Shown: positions 41,468 to 50,744 of the stretch, piece after piece
Numbering within the stretch: the stretch's first letter is position 1
How the letters are laid out: every line of letters starts with the position of its first letter
IMG/VR virus record: IMGVR_UViG_3300044614_000614
Location: 1-64,000 of that record
Strand: one strand, 5' to 3'
Origin: an uncultured virus (IMG/VR IMGVR_UViG_3300044614_000614)
Lineage: Duplodnaviria; Heunggongvirae; Uroviricota; Caudoviricetes
DNA: 64,000 bases
Position numbers and translations under genes: made by a program
The notes under the pieces: model-generated
Databases searched by the model: none
Told to the model about the DNA's origin: nothing
The model's input: only the letters and a program-made list of their open reading frames with translations

Positions 41468-41923
41468 TCATTTATAAAGTCTTTCTCTAGCTGCTCTTCT
41501 AACAACTCTTTTGATGCTTTCCATTATAGGTTTAGATTCAACACCATTGTAGTATTTTGATACTCTCATAAGCTCTAATATAGGTAGATTAACAACGATA
41601 GCAGATGTCTCTGCATTCTTATCTTTATTATAGTCAGCCAACCAACGATGATGACCATCAAGAATGTACCCATCATTTGATACTATGATAGGTTTGATAG
41701 AAGCTTTATTGTTTATCATCTCTGCTACCTTGTCTTTGTCGAACTCCATCTGTGTAGACTTCAACTCTTTTGTTGGTAGTTTCTGTTTCACATGATTGAT
41801 ATTCTTATCAGAGAGATACTTAAGATATTCATCTATCTTATGACTGTCTATTTGAGGCATTAGATTTCTGCTAAACGTCATGCCGATCTTAGGCACTTCT
41901 ATTTGTTCTTTGGTATATTTCAT
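41468..41923 (-). CDS. ParB/Srx-like domain protein
   Basis: PIIVS..ILDGHHRW. Confidence 0.8.
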   Translation of the reverse strand: MKYTKEQIEVPKIGMTFSRNLMPQIDSHKIDEYLKYLSDKNINHVKQKLPTKELKSTQMEFDKDKVAEMINNKASIKPIIVSNDGYILDGHHRWLADYNKDKNAETSAIVVNLPILELMRVSKYYNGVESKPIMESIKRVVRRAARERLYK

Positions 41924-42432
41924 TTGTCTATTATCTTCTTGGCTTGAATGAACAGATTTTGTAAATCAAATATCTTTTTGATATCATCTTTGTTTGATTT
42001 GTAGAATGTCATGACAATTTTCTTTTCAACTTCTCTTTTGCGTCTTGTATCACTTCTCTTTGATGATATGATTGACTTGTTCATCATGCTTTCTACATGT
42101 GATATGAGTCCTGCAACAGAACCTTTTGTGTTTTGTGTCACACCGTGTGATCTTTTCCAATCTCTGATATGATTTCTGTACGTTTCGTTTGTAGAAATCA
42201 TGTTCAATGTTCTTGATGATATGGTCTTGAAAAGTGCGTTCGCTTGTGATGTAATTTCAGTCAATTTTTTTCTTTCTTCATTACTCATTTTAGACATGAA
42301 ACCATCAGAGTGATTAGCAGCACCATCAATATAAGACTGTAGAATGGATAAGGACCTTCTTGTTCCTGCCAATCCGCCATTGATTACCTCGTCTTCGATG
42401 TTCTCTATTTTTATTTTTCTATCTGACATCAC
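41920..42432 (-). CDS. hypothetical protein
   Basis: ORF track. Confidence 0.55.
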   Translation of the reverse strand: MMSDRKIKIENIEDEVINGGLAGTRRSLSILQSYIDGAANHSDGFMSKMSNEERKKLTEITSQANALFKTISSRTLNMISTNETYRNHIRDWKRSHGVTQNTKGSVAGLISHVESMMNKSIISSKRSDTRRKREVEKKIVMTFYKSNKDDIKKIFDLQNLFIQAKKIIDK

Positions 42433-43607
42433 ACACGAAATCCTATTTTCTGTCTTGCTCTTTTTACAGAATTGCTAGTAGAAAAAACAACTCTGCTTAA
42501 CACTTTTCTTTTTTCTCTTCTGTCTTCTGCATTCTCAACAAGTTTCCATTCCATATCACCTGTCAGAGATACTCTAAATCTAACATAATAGACTTTAGTT
42601 TTGATTGCATCGGCAAAGATGTCTGTGAAGTTCAAAGCTTCTGCTGATAATCTTACCAGCGTTTCTTCACATCTCTGTCTGACTTCTTCTGAGTATTCAG
42701 CATTTTTCAACCATGAAAAATAAGAATCATACCCATTTTCTCTGAGCCACATTGCAGCTTCAATTGGACCTTGGTTCATTGAAGCTCGTTGAATGATCTT
42801 AAGAACTTTATATTGTGGTGTTCTACCCCATTTTCTGAAATAGAAATTTTGATCTGTCATGCCATTCTTTTCTATCGCATCAACTAGATCATCTGGTTTT
42901 TCTATGTTTGTGATTGTACCTGATTGCGTTGATATCTTATATTCAGAACTTGCATCTGTGATCTTATAATCAACAAGTGCTTCATCTGAAGTGCCTGCAA
43001 CTCTTACAGTGGCAGAGCTGGCATCAATAGGCAAAAGACCTCTGTTCACAACAGCCAGAGGTCCAAGAACTTCTGCAAAGTCATTATTGATAGACGATAT
43101 CGGTAGTGTTTGTCCTACGTATTTGAGAGTATTCTTCACTTTTGCTTTTGTCTCTTGTGAAGGATTTACAGCTTCTTCAGCAAGTACAAGCAATACTTCT
43201 TTCTGCATATCACTTAGTTTGTTTGTTGTGTTTATTGCGGTAACAACAGAAGTGTAGTAAGAACCAAATGATATATTCTTATCGACTATCTTGGTTATGT
43301 TTGAACCAAAAAAGTTTGATTTCAAACTTATACCACCGCCAGCACGATCTGGCTTAAGCATGATTTTTGTACCACCAACAGCAACATAACCTGTCGTTTT
43401 ATCTGGTACGTATTTTGCACCATATGACTTTAGATTTTCAGCAAGTTCAATAAGTACCTGTCTCTTATCTGATCTTGATTTTGTTGAGCCATAAAGAATG
43501 ATTGAACTAGAACTGACAATATCGTAGCCAATAACACCAATTGCCTTGATGTTAGCACGAAACTTCTGATCTGTCATTTTTGGTATGATTTGATTTATAT
43601 TAGCCAT
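42429..43607 (-). CDS. hypothetical protein, possibly degenerate PD-(D/E)xK fold
   Basis: DFAEVLG..LVDY..KIS; weak. Confidence 0.5.
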   Translation of the reverse strand: MANINQIIPKMTDQKFRANIKAIGVIGYDIVSSSSIILYGSTKSRSDKRQVLIELAENLKSYGAKYVPDKTTGYVAVGGTKIMLKPDRAGGGISLKSNFFGSNITKIVDKNISFGSYYTSVVTAINTTNKLSDMQKEVLLVLAEEAVNPSQETKAKVKNTLKYVGQTLPISSINNDFAEVLGPLAVVNRGLLPIDASSATVRVAGTSDEALVDYKITDASSEYKISTQSGTITNIEKPDDLVDAIEKNGMTDQNFYFRKWGRTPQYKVLKIIQRASMNQGPIEAAMWLRENGYDSYFSWLKNAEYSEEVRQRCEETLVRLSAEALNFTDIFADAIKTKVYYVRFRVSLTGDMEWKLVENAEDRREKRKVLSRVVFSTSNSVKRARQKIGFRV

Positions 43608-43805
43608 TCAAGTATTTATCTCTTCCTCACGTTCCCATTTACCAATAGGACATGATGAAGAAGGAAATCTTACTTTTGCTGTCATGAAACAACCACACTT
43701 ATTGCACTGCATAACACTCTTTCTGAGATGTTCACATTCGTTGCATATTGTAAGTCTTGTTTCTGACATCTCATTATTCTTTTTCAATATATCAATTAAG
43801 CTCAT
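43608..43805 (-). CDS. small Cys-rich protein
   Basis: CNEC..CNKCGC..CPIGKW. Confidence 0.7.
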   Translation of the reverse strand: MSLIDILKKNNEMSETRLTICNECEHLRKSVMQCNKCGCFMTAKVRFPSSSCPIGKWEREEEINT

Positions 43806-43821
43806 TTCATTTTCCTGTAAT

Positions 43822-43844
43822 AAAAAAGGGCGCCGAAGCGCCCC
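43822..43844 (-). terminator. intrinsic terminator with cUUCGg loop after dps
   Basis: GGGGCGCTTCGGCGCCCTTTTTT. Confidence 0.85.
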
Positions 43845-43864
43845 AGTATATATTTGATTTATGA

Positions 43865-44308
43865 TTAAGCTTTTTTACCAAGAGTTGCCTTAATCATCCA
43901 GTTCAACTTTTCATGTGCTGTTATACGATCTTGTAGATAGTTAGAAAGACCAAACTTCTTCTGACTTTCAGCCATATTGTATGCTTCAACTACAGTGTTC
44001 ATTAAATTTTCATTACACACTTGTAGATTTGATAACATCTTGTCTGCTGTAGGAATCTTCTCATCTTCCATGATAACAGACAACTCTTTCATCCTACCAA
44101 GAGTTGCAGGAGCAAATGCATCTAGCTGACGAATATGTTCTGCTAAAGGATCAACTGCACCTTCGTAGTCTTCATAAATGGTCGCAAAGAACTCGTGTAG
44201 CTGTGGAAAATCAGAACCTATGACGTTCCAGTGATAGCTCTGTGCTTTAAGCTTTGCTGCGAAAGTTGATGCTAAAACAACTTTCATCTTCTCTACTAGT
44301 TCATCCAT
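43865..44308 (-). CDS. dps: Dps ferritin-like protein
   Basis: HWNV..F..LH..D..AE; HEKLNWM. Confidence 0.92.
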   Translation of the reverse strand: MDELVEKMKVVLASTFAAKLKAQSYHWNVIGSDFPQLHEFFATIYEDYEGAVDPLAEHIRQLDAFAPATLGRMKELSVIMEDEKIPTADKMLSNLQVCNENLMNTVVEAYNMAESQKKFGLSNYLQDRITAHEKLNWMIKATLGKKA

Positions 44309-44339
44309 TTACTTCTCCTAATATTCATCTATATTTAGA

Positions 44340-44429
44340 TGGCGGAAGGTGAGGGATTCGAACCCTCGGACCGTTTTACCGGTCGCCTCGTTAGCAGTGA
44401 GGTGCCTTCGGCCTCTCGGCCAACCTTCC
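44340..44429 (-). tRNA. tRNA-Ser(GCT)
   Basis: Cloverleaf, long variable arm, CCA. Confidence 0.93.
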
Positions 44430-44714
44430 TTATTCACAAATAACCTTAATCTTTCTTACATAACGATCCCTATATGGATCCCAAATACGAACGCGCTTCT
44501 CATAGCAATATGGTTCAGGATCAACGTAGATATACTGACGCTCTACGACACGCTCACGATGGCGATGACCACCAATCGCTTCACCAATGATAAGTCCGCC
44601 TAATGCACCACCAAGAACACCGATAATAACTTCTTCTGAGTTATCTGCATTTGCTACTGGAATGGTTGCTGCAATCATAGCAATTGAAAGAACGGCTGCA
44701 ATTAAAGTCTTCAT
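44430..44714 (-). CDS. secreted glycine-zipper protein
   Basis: Signal peptide; GVLGGALGGLIIG. Confidence 0.65.
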   Translation of the reverse strand: MKTLIAAVLSIAMIAATIPVANADNSEEVIIGVLGGALGGLIIGEAIGGHRHRERVVERQYIYVDPEPYCYEKRVRIWDPYRDRYVRKIKVICE

Positions 44715-44726
44715 TTGTTTATTCCT

Positions 44727-45176
44727 TTATTCTACTATCTCTATATATGTATTATACTTACCATACTCATTTACGATGTGATACAGCCAGCGCGCATTCT
44801 GAGGACTAAGACGAACACAACCGTGTGATGCTGGATTACCAAGCTTCTTTACTTCTGTTGTTGCGTGAATTGCATAACCACCGTGAAAGAAGATAGAGTG
44901 AGGCATCGGCGCATTATCATACTTACGTGAGTAGTGCATCTTCTTTACAAGATACGGTTGATACACACCAGTAGGAGTGCGATAGCCCTTACGACCAGTA
45001 GAAACGTCCCACTCAAAATAATCAGTAGGAGTTTCTACATACATCTTCTGTTCTGACTTATCAATTCGAATAATCACTTGATGTTCACCAAGAGGTTCTG
45101 CACCAGCCTTAGCACCTGTAGCCAGCATAAAAATTGCAGCAGCCATCACAGCCAACATAACAAAAAACTTATTCAT
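44727..45176 (-). CDS. L,D-transpeptidase (YkuD family)
   Basis: Signal peptide; STG..TPTG; IH..SHGCVR. Confidence 0.9.
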   Translation of the reverse strand: MNKFFVMLAVMAAAIFMLATGAKAGAEPLGEHQVIIRIDKSEQKMYVETPTDYFEWDVSTGRKGYRTPTGVYQPYLVKKMHYSRKYDNAPMPHSIFFHGGYAIHATTEVKKLGNPASHGCVRLSPQNARWLYHIVNEYGKYNTYIEIVE

Positions 45177-45674
45177 TTATCCTACCTTCGCTTGCGGTAA
45201 ATGTTGAATTGCATCTTTGAAACGGTCAGCACAGTATGATGCTGCCCAAGCATTTGGCTTCACTAACGGTACCACATTACACATACCACGAATGTAACCA
45301 ACAGCTTCATTTATAACACAAGATGATCCGTGTTTCAAGTCAGGATTAATGTCCAGATGAATTTCAAAGTCACGATCACCAATAGCTTCTTCAAGATCCA
45401 GATAAAGCTGTGCAGTCTTCATTACTTCATTCATGAGACGCATACGTGGTTTGTCTTTCTGCTGGTCATAGTCACGCTCACGTACAACAGAACCAAATAC
45501 CTTACAACCATTTTTACCATTCTTATGAACAACAACAACGTTGATGTAGTCGGCATGCCAAACACCATCAATCTGAAAGCGTTCAGAGTCGCCACCAAGA
45601 TATATCTTTGTTTCGGGAGTTTGTTCAAGAATGAATGCACGAACTTCGTCTAAGTTCATATTTTTTCTGATCAT
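45177..45674 (-). CDS. YkuK-like RNase H-fold protein
   Basis: YLGGDS, EIHLDIN, KP..AAS..AD. Confidence 0.75.
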   Translation of the reverse strand: MIRKNMNLDEVRAFILEQTPETKIYLGGDSERFQIDGVWHADYINVVVVHKNGKNGCKVFGSVVRERDYDQQKDKPRMRLMNEVMKTAQLYLDLEEAIGDRDFEIHLDINPDLKHGSSCVINEAVGYIRGMCNVVPLVKPNAWAASYCADRFKDAIQHLPQAKVG

Positions 45675-45691
45675 TGTTAAGTTCCTATATT

Positions 45692-45773
45692 TGGTGCGAG
45701 TAGAGGGACTTGAACCCCCACGCCGAAGCACTAGTTCCTAAGACTAGCGTGTCTGCCATTTCACCATACTCGC
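45692..45773 (-). tRNA. tRNA-Leu(TAG)
   Basis: Cloverleaf, CCA. Confidence 0.92.
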
Positions 45774-45778
45774 ATTAA

Positions 45779-45853
45779 TGGTGCTTCTTCAAGGAATCGA
45801 ACCTTGTCATGTCGGTGTGTAAAACCGATGCCTTCCCATTTGGCGAAAGAAGC
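45779..45853 (-). tRNA. tRNA-Val(TAC)
   Basis: Cloverleaf, CCA. Confidence 0.9.
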
Positions 45854-45859
45854 TTAAAC

Positions 45860-45963
45860 TGGTGACCCGTTAGCAGCCGAACATATTGACCCGTTGGATA
45901 GAGTAATATGTGTCACTTACCCAGCCCCCATACGGTGAGCCGACTTCTATACCGCTACGGGTC
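45860..45963 (-). ncRNA. CCA-ended non-tRNA structured RNA
   Basis: GACCCGT/ACGGGTC + ACCA, extended stem, no cloverleaf. Confidence 0.6.
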
Positions 45964-46191
45964 AAGAGCGGTTTCTAAATTACATTCCAGCAGTTAGAGA
46001 TGTGATTGTTTCATTTGCCCACAGCCAAAATGCTGTACCAGCAGCGATGACTGCGCTAATACCCTTCTTTACGTCCCAGCCATTCTTCCATGTCTCCCAG
46101 ATAACCCAAGCGACAACTGCGACAAGAAGCAAAACTACGATTGTATTAAGCATATTATTACCTCATTCAGACCTTGATTGGTCATTGTTAT

Positions 46192-46668
46192 TTAGATATT
46201 ACACCATGCATTAACAAAATCAGTAAGTTCTTTCCATTGAGCTTCATCAAACATGAGCATATTTTTCTCACGATTCCATTTTTTGGTTATCGGCTTATTG
46301 CCATACTTAGCGACCATTGAGTAGACACGTGGTAAGATCACAAAAATGAATGTATGATCTTCATGTCGTTTCGACTCGACCTTTTCATATGGTATGCCAG
46401 CAATATATGCTCTAGCTAGATGCGTTGCTCTTGCTTCAAAACGAACAACCGTTTTACGGTGATGTTCTAAATTCCATCTTCTAGAATGGAGTTTTTGAAG
46501 CTCAGGGTGGTTCTTGTGCATTTCAGATTCCCAAACAGAAACAGATGGTGATAACTGATGCTTCTGTTTGTACCACTTAATTTGCTTAGTGAACTTTTGT
46601 TCTTCCTTGCGAATGATAGCAGGCTCAAGTGCAAGGTGTTTTGACTTAATCTTTAGTTCTACGCTCAT
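46192..46668 (-). CDS. conserved phage hypothetical protein behind an amber uORF
   Basis: LKIKSKHLA..HRKTVVR..RATHLARAY. Confidence 0.75.
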   Translation of the reverse strand: MSVELKIKSKHLALEPAIIRKEEQKFTKQIKWYKQKHQLSPSVSVWESEMHKNHPELQKLHSRRWNLEHHRKTVVRFEARATHLARAYIAGIPYEKVESKRHEDHTFIFVILPRVYSMVAKYGNKPITKKWNREKNMLMFDEAQWKELTDFVNAWCNI

Positions 46669-46672
46669 TTGA

Positions 46673-46715
46673 TTTTTCCTTTGTTAGAGTTATTGTAGTG
46701 CATCTAACAAGAAAA
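46673..46715 (-). promoter_or_regulatory. RBS-sequestering hairpin, overlapping TTGACT-N17-TACAAT
   Basis: TTTTCTTGTTAGA / TCTAACAAAGGAAAA. Confidence 0.55.
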
Positions 46716-46716
46716 G

Positions 46717-46758
46717 TCAAGGTGGCTTTTGTTTAACCTAGAAGAAGTGTTCCTTCAT
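46717..46758 (-). CDS. uORF MKEHFF(amber)VKQKPP*
   Basis: AGGAG RBS; ATG AAG GAA CAC TTC TTC TAG GTT AAA CAA AAG CCA CCT TGA. Confidence 0.6.
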
Positions 46759-46777
46759 TGTGTTACTCCTTTGTAAA

Positions 46778-46851
46778 TGGTGACGCTAGTAGGACTCAAA
46801 CCCACATTAGCCGTTTTAGAGACGGTTGCATAATCACTCTGCCATAGCGTC
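46778..46851 (-). tRNA. amber suppressor tRNA (CTA)
   Basis: Cloverleaf, loop CT-CTA-AA, CCA. Confidence 0.85.
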
Positions 46852-46858
46852 ATAAATT

Positions 46859-46932
46859 TGGAGCGGGTAGAGAGAATCGAACTCTCACTTCCACCATGGC
46901 AAGGTGGTTCGCTACCACTACAACATACCCGC
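46859..46932 (-). tRNA. tRNA-Gly(GCC)
   Basis: Cloverleaf, U73, CCA. Confidence 0.93.
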
Positions 46933-46940
46933 ATTTAATA

Positions 46941-47138
46941 AGGTGAGGTGGGACTCGGGTACACCCACAAGACACGGCACAGATACCTGCAATCGCGTCA
47001 GCCTAGATTTCCTTGGTAAGGAACTATACATCTTCGGATCTCTCCGCTCATGCACGGGCACCACACCATCTAGCCAAGTTAGTCAGTCTTTGCATCCGAC
47101 CATTTCCTTGCACTCGGCCAACTCCCGTCGGAGTCAGC
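46941..47138 (-). ncRNA. putative ~200-nt structured ncRNA
   Basis: GC-rich, multiple hairpins, ATAAATA upstream, no credible ORF. Confidence 0.5.
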
Positions 47139-47150
47139 ATTCTATTTATT

Positions 47151-47226
47151 TGGTGCGTCATGGTAGAATCGAACTACCTTTTCCGGCTTATGAGACCAGC
47201 GGGATGCCCATCACCCCCCAAGACGC
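47151..47226 (-). tRNA. tRNA-CAT (Met or Ile2)
   Basis: Cloverleaf, CCA. Confidence 0.82.
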
Positions 47227-47230
47227 AAAA

Positions 47231-47322
47231 TGAATAGCGAGTATTTCTACTCAGGTGTGGTAAGCCCTTCACTCCCCGACTTCAGGAGCCCACTGCCTAG
47301 ATCGATTGCGCTGTGCTATTCA
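47231..47322 (-). ncRNA. putative structured ncRNA
   Basis: Closed by TGAATAGC/GCTATTCA; internal hairpins. Confidence 0.45.
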
Positions 47323-47327
47323 TCTAA

Positions 47328-47403
47328 TGGTGCTGCCTCTCTGAATCGAACAGAGTCCCCACGCTCTTCAGGCGTATGTACGCACCAGCTATACCAAGGC
47401 AGC
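47328..47403 (-). tRNA. tRNA-Phe(GAA)
   Basis: Cloverleaf, CCA. Confidence 0.92.
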
Positions 47404-47604
47404 AGTTATTCTTTAGTCTTCCAGTATTCTGTCTCGTTGTATTCTTTCCACTTGAGACAGAATGCTTTACATAACTCTTTATCATGCTCTAAAAGCATTT
47501 TAGCAAACTCGTTTGGACCGTCTATACCGACAAGACCATGCAGATCATAGATGAAGTCCATTGTGAATTCATCTTCTTTGAAGCCTTCTTCAGGCCAAAA
47601 GAAG

Positions 47605-47754
47605 CTAGTCACGAAGCAACTGAGGAGCTGATTCCGTCAAGTTCTTCTTTTCGTATTCTGCAAGTTTAGCAGAGTATTGTTCGTTTGTCAACCCATGCCA
47701 ACCAATACACTTACCATTTGGGCTACGACCACAACCACATTCTTTATTACTCAT
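47605..47754 (-). CDS. small CDGSH-like Fe-S/Zn-finger protein
   Basis: Manual translation MSNKECGCGRSPNGKCIGWH; AGGAG RBS. Confidence 0.6.
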   Translation of the reverse strand: MSNKECGCGRSPNGKCIGWHGLTNEQYSAKLAEYEKKNLTESAPQLLRD

Positions 47755-47769
47755 TTGCTTCTCCTATTA

Positions 47770-47857
47770 TGGCGGAAGGTGTAGGATTCGAACCCACGGA
47801 ACCTTTCAGTCCTCTCGCTTTCAAGGCGAGTGCAATAGACCACTCTACCAACCTTCC
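47770..47857 (-). tRNA. tRNA-Ser(TGA)
   Basis: Cloverleaf, long variable arm, CCA. Confidence 0.93.
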
Positions 47858-47990
47858 AAATTCGATGCGATTTCTTAAAGTGGTTACGCCCTCCACTATT
47901 GTGTTAACGAGAGTTTCCAGTCAATTACAGTCTACTCACAACCCTCTAGCTCACATATTATATATTCATACATGAGATGTCAAGACAATT

Positions 47991-48362
47991 CTACTTTCTT
48001 AGAATTTGAACTTGAACGACACAGATACCACCACAACCAATCTTTCTTGCTGCGGCTCTTGATAGATCAAGATGTCTGCCCTTTATAAAAGGACCTCTGT
48101 CATTTATTCTAACAATGACTGATCTTCCCTTGTGTGTTACTCTCAGTTTAGTACCAAATGGTAGTGTCTTATGTGCTGCTGTTAATGCATTTGGATTAAA
48201 CTTTTCTCCACTAGCAGTAATCTTACTTCTGCTGCATTCGCCAGGTTTAACACAGTCATACCATGATGCTTTCATGGTGGTCTTCTTTGCTGCCTCTGCC
48301 GTAATTGACAGTGCAAAGGTAGTAAACAAAATCAATATAAAAGCTGTAAATACTTTTTTCAT
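47991..48362 (-). CDS. rlpA: RlpA-like lytic transglycosylase (DPBB)
   Basis: [29 protein letters not shown]. Confidence 0.92.
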   Translation of the reverse strand: MKKVFTAFILILFTTFALSITAEAAKKTTMKASWYDCVKPGECSRSKITASGEKFNPNALTAAHKTLPFGTKLRVTHKGRSVIVRINDRGPFIKGRHLDLSRAAARKIGCGGICVVQVQILRK

Positions 48363-48524
48363 AACATTTTCCTTATGAATGGAGAGCCTGCTTTTTTGGC
48401 TCAGGTTGAAATGACATTAAGCTGTATTGTATACCTTTCTCTTTCCGATGTTAACAATAGTTCTATTTAGTGTATCAGAATTGAGAGATAATAAATACTT
48501 TTATACTCATTTCAGGATAGAAAC

Positions 48525-49580
48525 ATGATCACACTTAAGCAATTCAGACGAAAGCCAATCAACAACGATCCGCGCGGTACACCAGTTCTCATTCAACATG
48601 GTATGCACTCTCTTGATGTTAAGCCAACACCTGAAGAAATTGCTGAAATCAAAAAGCAGTCACAATCAAAACCGGCTTCACAGAAAAAAAAAGTAAATGA
48701 AGCATACGCGGCACCAGATTGGAATCCTGAATATAACTTCAACAAAGATATGTATAGCGCAGAACCAGGTTTGGGTCATGCGTATCAGTTTGGTATGGCA
48801 AGAGAAATTGCAAGATTACCTGATCTATATGGCGCAAAACGTGAAATCAACGAAAGATTTAAACTTGAAAATCAACATATTTCACCAAACGTGAATCCTG
48901 CGTATCATGGTAGTTTTCATTATGAAGATCAAGAAAAAAACTTACTAAAAGAGTATGGACAGACAAAACAAAGTCTTCATCCTGAGATAGCCAGATATAC
49001 AGAAGACAGTAGTTATCTGAACAGAAATCTTTGGGAGAATTTTTTAAACACCGGCAGTGATTATGAAGATAACAGTCTTGGTGAACACAATCTAAAAAGT
49101 CTAGATGAAGCTCTACAATCTAGACAATTGCCAACAAAGCTTACTGTATTTGCAGGAGTTAAATACAATCCTGGTTTAGAAGCGGCAAAGAACGCTTACA
49201 ATAGACTTTATCATCCAGGTTATACATCATCATCTATTGAGCCTGGCACAGGATTAGAATTTTCTGCTAGAGTAAAAAGAGGTAGAGTAAAAGAAGATAA
49301 TTTTGGTGATGATCCTGGTGATAGACATATTTTGAAAATACATCTACCAGCAGGACATCCAGGTGAGTTTATCGGAACAAGATCACATTTTGATCATGAG
49401 AAAGAGTTCCTCATACCAAGACAGACCACATTTCAAATCATGCCTCATCCAACAATCGTAAGAGCAAACAGAGGCAAATTTGGTCCAAGGTTAGGTATAG
49501 ATCATATTCACTTATGGGACGCTCATCCTGTTCTTAATCCAAATCAATTAGAATTGCCATTTGGAACAAGACGCCGATAA
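48525..49580 (+). CDS. VIP2/Alt-like ADP-ribosyltransferase domain protein
   Basis: YT..LN, YTSSS, EKEFLIPR; ATAAATA upstream. Confidence 0.75.
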   Translation: MITLKQFRRKPINNDPRGTPVLIQHGMHSLDVKPTPEEIAEIKKQSQSKPASQKKKVNEAYAAPDWNPEYNFNKDMYSAEPGLGHAYQFGMAREIARLPDLYGAKREINERFKLENQHISPNVNPAYHGSFHYEDQEKNLLKEYGQTKQSLHPEIARYTEDSSYLNRNLWENFLNTGSDYEDNSLGEHNLKSLDEALQSRQLPTKLTVFAGVKYNPGLEAAKNAYNRLYHPGYTSSSIEPGTGLEFSARVKRGRVKEDNFGDDPGDRHILKIHLPAGHPGEFIGTRSHFDHEKEFLIPRQTTFQIMPHPTIVRANRGKFGPRLGIDHIHLWDAHPVLNPNQLELPFGTRRR

Positions 49581-49888
49581 CCATAATGGGCAATCTGGTA
49601 ATCATAGTGTAGTTCCCAGAAGTTAGCATACAGATCATGTAGATTGCGATCTGTTACACTACTCTTAAAGTTACCGTAGTCGATGTTTAGAATCCTTTGC
49701 TTGACAATATCAGCAAAGGATTCTTTATTAATGAAACAACGAAACTTGTAATCTGTGCCCTGATCCTGCTGAATAGGCACATTCAGAAACTCTAGATGCT
49801 CACGCTTTCTAGCACGAACACGAAGCATACTCTTGTCATTCCAATCTTCAACTGCACTCACAAAACCATCATTAAAACAAATCCACAT
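49544..49888 (-). CDS. conserved hypothetical protein
   Basis: GFVSAV..VRAR..DY.NFK. Confidence 0.65.
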   Translation of the reverse strand: MWICFNDGFVSAVEDWNDKSMLRVRARKREHLEFLNVPIQQDQGTDYKFRCFINKESFADIVKQRILNIDYGNFKSSVTDRNLHDLYANFWELHYDYQIAHYGYRRLVPNGNSN

Positions 49889-49897
49889 TATATAAGG

Positions 49898-50620
49898 TCA
49901 ACCTCCATAAGATTTAATTAAATTGTTCTTTCTCTGCATGAACGTCTTGTGCAAGCTCTGCCAATTCTGTAAGCCAGAGTTCTTGAATAAGCCATGAACG
50001 TGTTCATCATCCATGTTACGTACAGCATCAAGCCCCTTTTGTTCTGCATCAGGGTGGGCGTCAAATACTTTATTAAATACTTTACCTGATTCTTTATTAC
50101 CATCTCTGAATGTTTCTTTTTCTGAGATGTCTGCACTGTAGTCTTTTGGACCACCCTGCGCTCTATAATGAAATGAGCCTCCAGGATCAACATTGTAAAT
50201 CTTGCCAGTCTTTGGGTGAATTTGCATATTACCTTCACCATAATCAAGACCTGTACCAGTGATGTCCCAATTCTTTGTAAGCACAGCAGCATGATACATC
50301 TTACCGACATGTTCTGCTTGCTCAGGTGAAAGCTTGTTGAAGTCTTTATGACCCATTGGCTTCAGACCTTCTTGCCACTTTGTAACAACAGATGGCTTGC
50401 CGTCGATGACTTCGTGCTTAGGATCAAGTGTATTGATACCCATGTGATGATAGATAGCACTCGTTAATGCTTCGACTTTGGCATGTTCGCCGTCTTTGTA
50501 GTGCTTGACATAGAACTGATTGCCCTGTTCGTCAGTGGCTTTACCGCCCTTGTTAGAGCCGCCCTGAGTACCATAATCTACATTGTATGCTTCAGTCATA
50601 AACTGTTTGAATGTTTTCAT
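49898..50620 (-). CDS. HipA/PI3-4-kinase-like protein, putatively head-packaged
   Basis: GGSNKGG, YVK, E, NWD..GN, VDPG; MKTFKQFMTE. Confidence 0.65.
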   Translation of the reverse strand: MKTFKQFMTEAYNVDYGTQGGSNKGGKATDEQGNQFYVKHYKDGEHAKVEALTSAIYHHMGINTLDPKHEVIDGKPSVVTKWQEGLKPMGHKDFNKLSPEQAEHVGKMYHAAVLTKNWDITGTGLDYGEGNMQIHPKTGKIYNVDPGGSFHYRAQGGPKDYSADISEKETFRDGNKESGKVFNKVFDAHPDAEQKGLDAVRNMDDEHVHGLFKNSGLQNWQSLHKTFMQRKNNLIKSYGG

Positions 50621-50650
50621 GTGAAATATCTCCTTTGAGAGTATTTAGTA

Positions 50651-50744
50651 TGGAGCATCTGACAGGATTCGAACCTGTATCGGACATTTCTGTCCACGTC
50701 CAGTTACCTTACTCTCCGTTCGTAGCGGAGGGGGCTACAGATGC
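50651..50744 (-). tRNA. non-canonical tRNA-Arg(ACG) lacking a D-arm
   Basis: Acceptor, anticodon and T arms plus CCA; enlarged variable region. Confidence 0.7.

Noticed and set aside
41920..42432. Internally deleted pseudogene of a longer T4-like protein
   Set aside because: Only a recalled resemblance; needs an alignment I cannot run.
47231..47322. Hammerhead ribozyme
   Set aside because: CUGA and GAAA are present but not in CUGANGA three-way-junction geometry.
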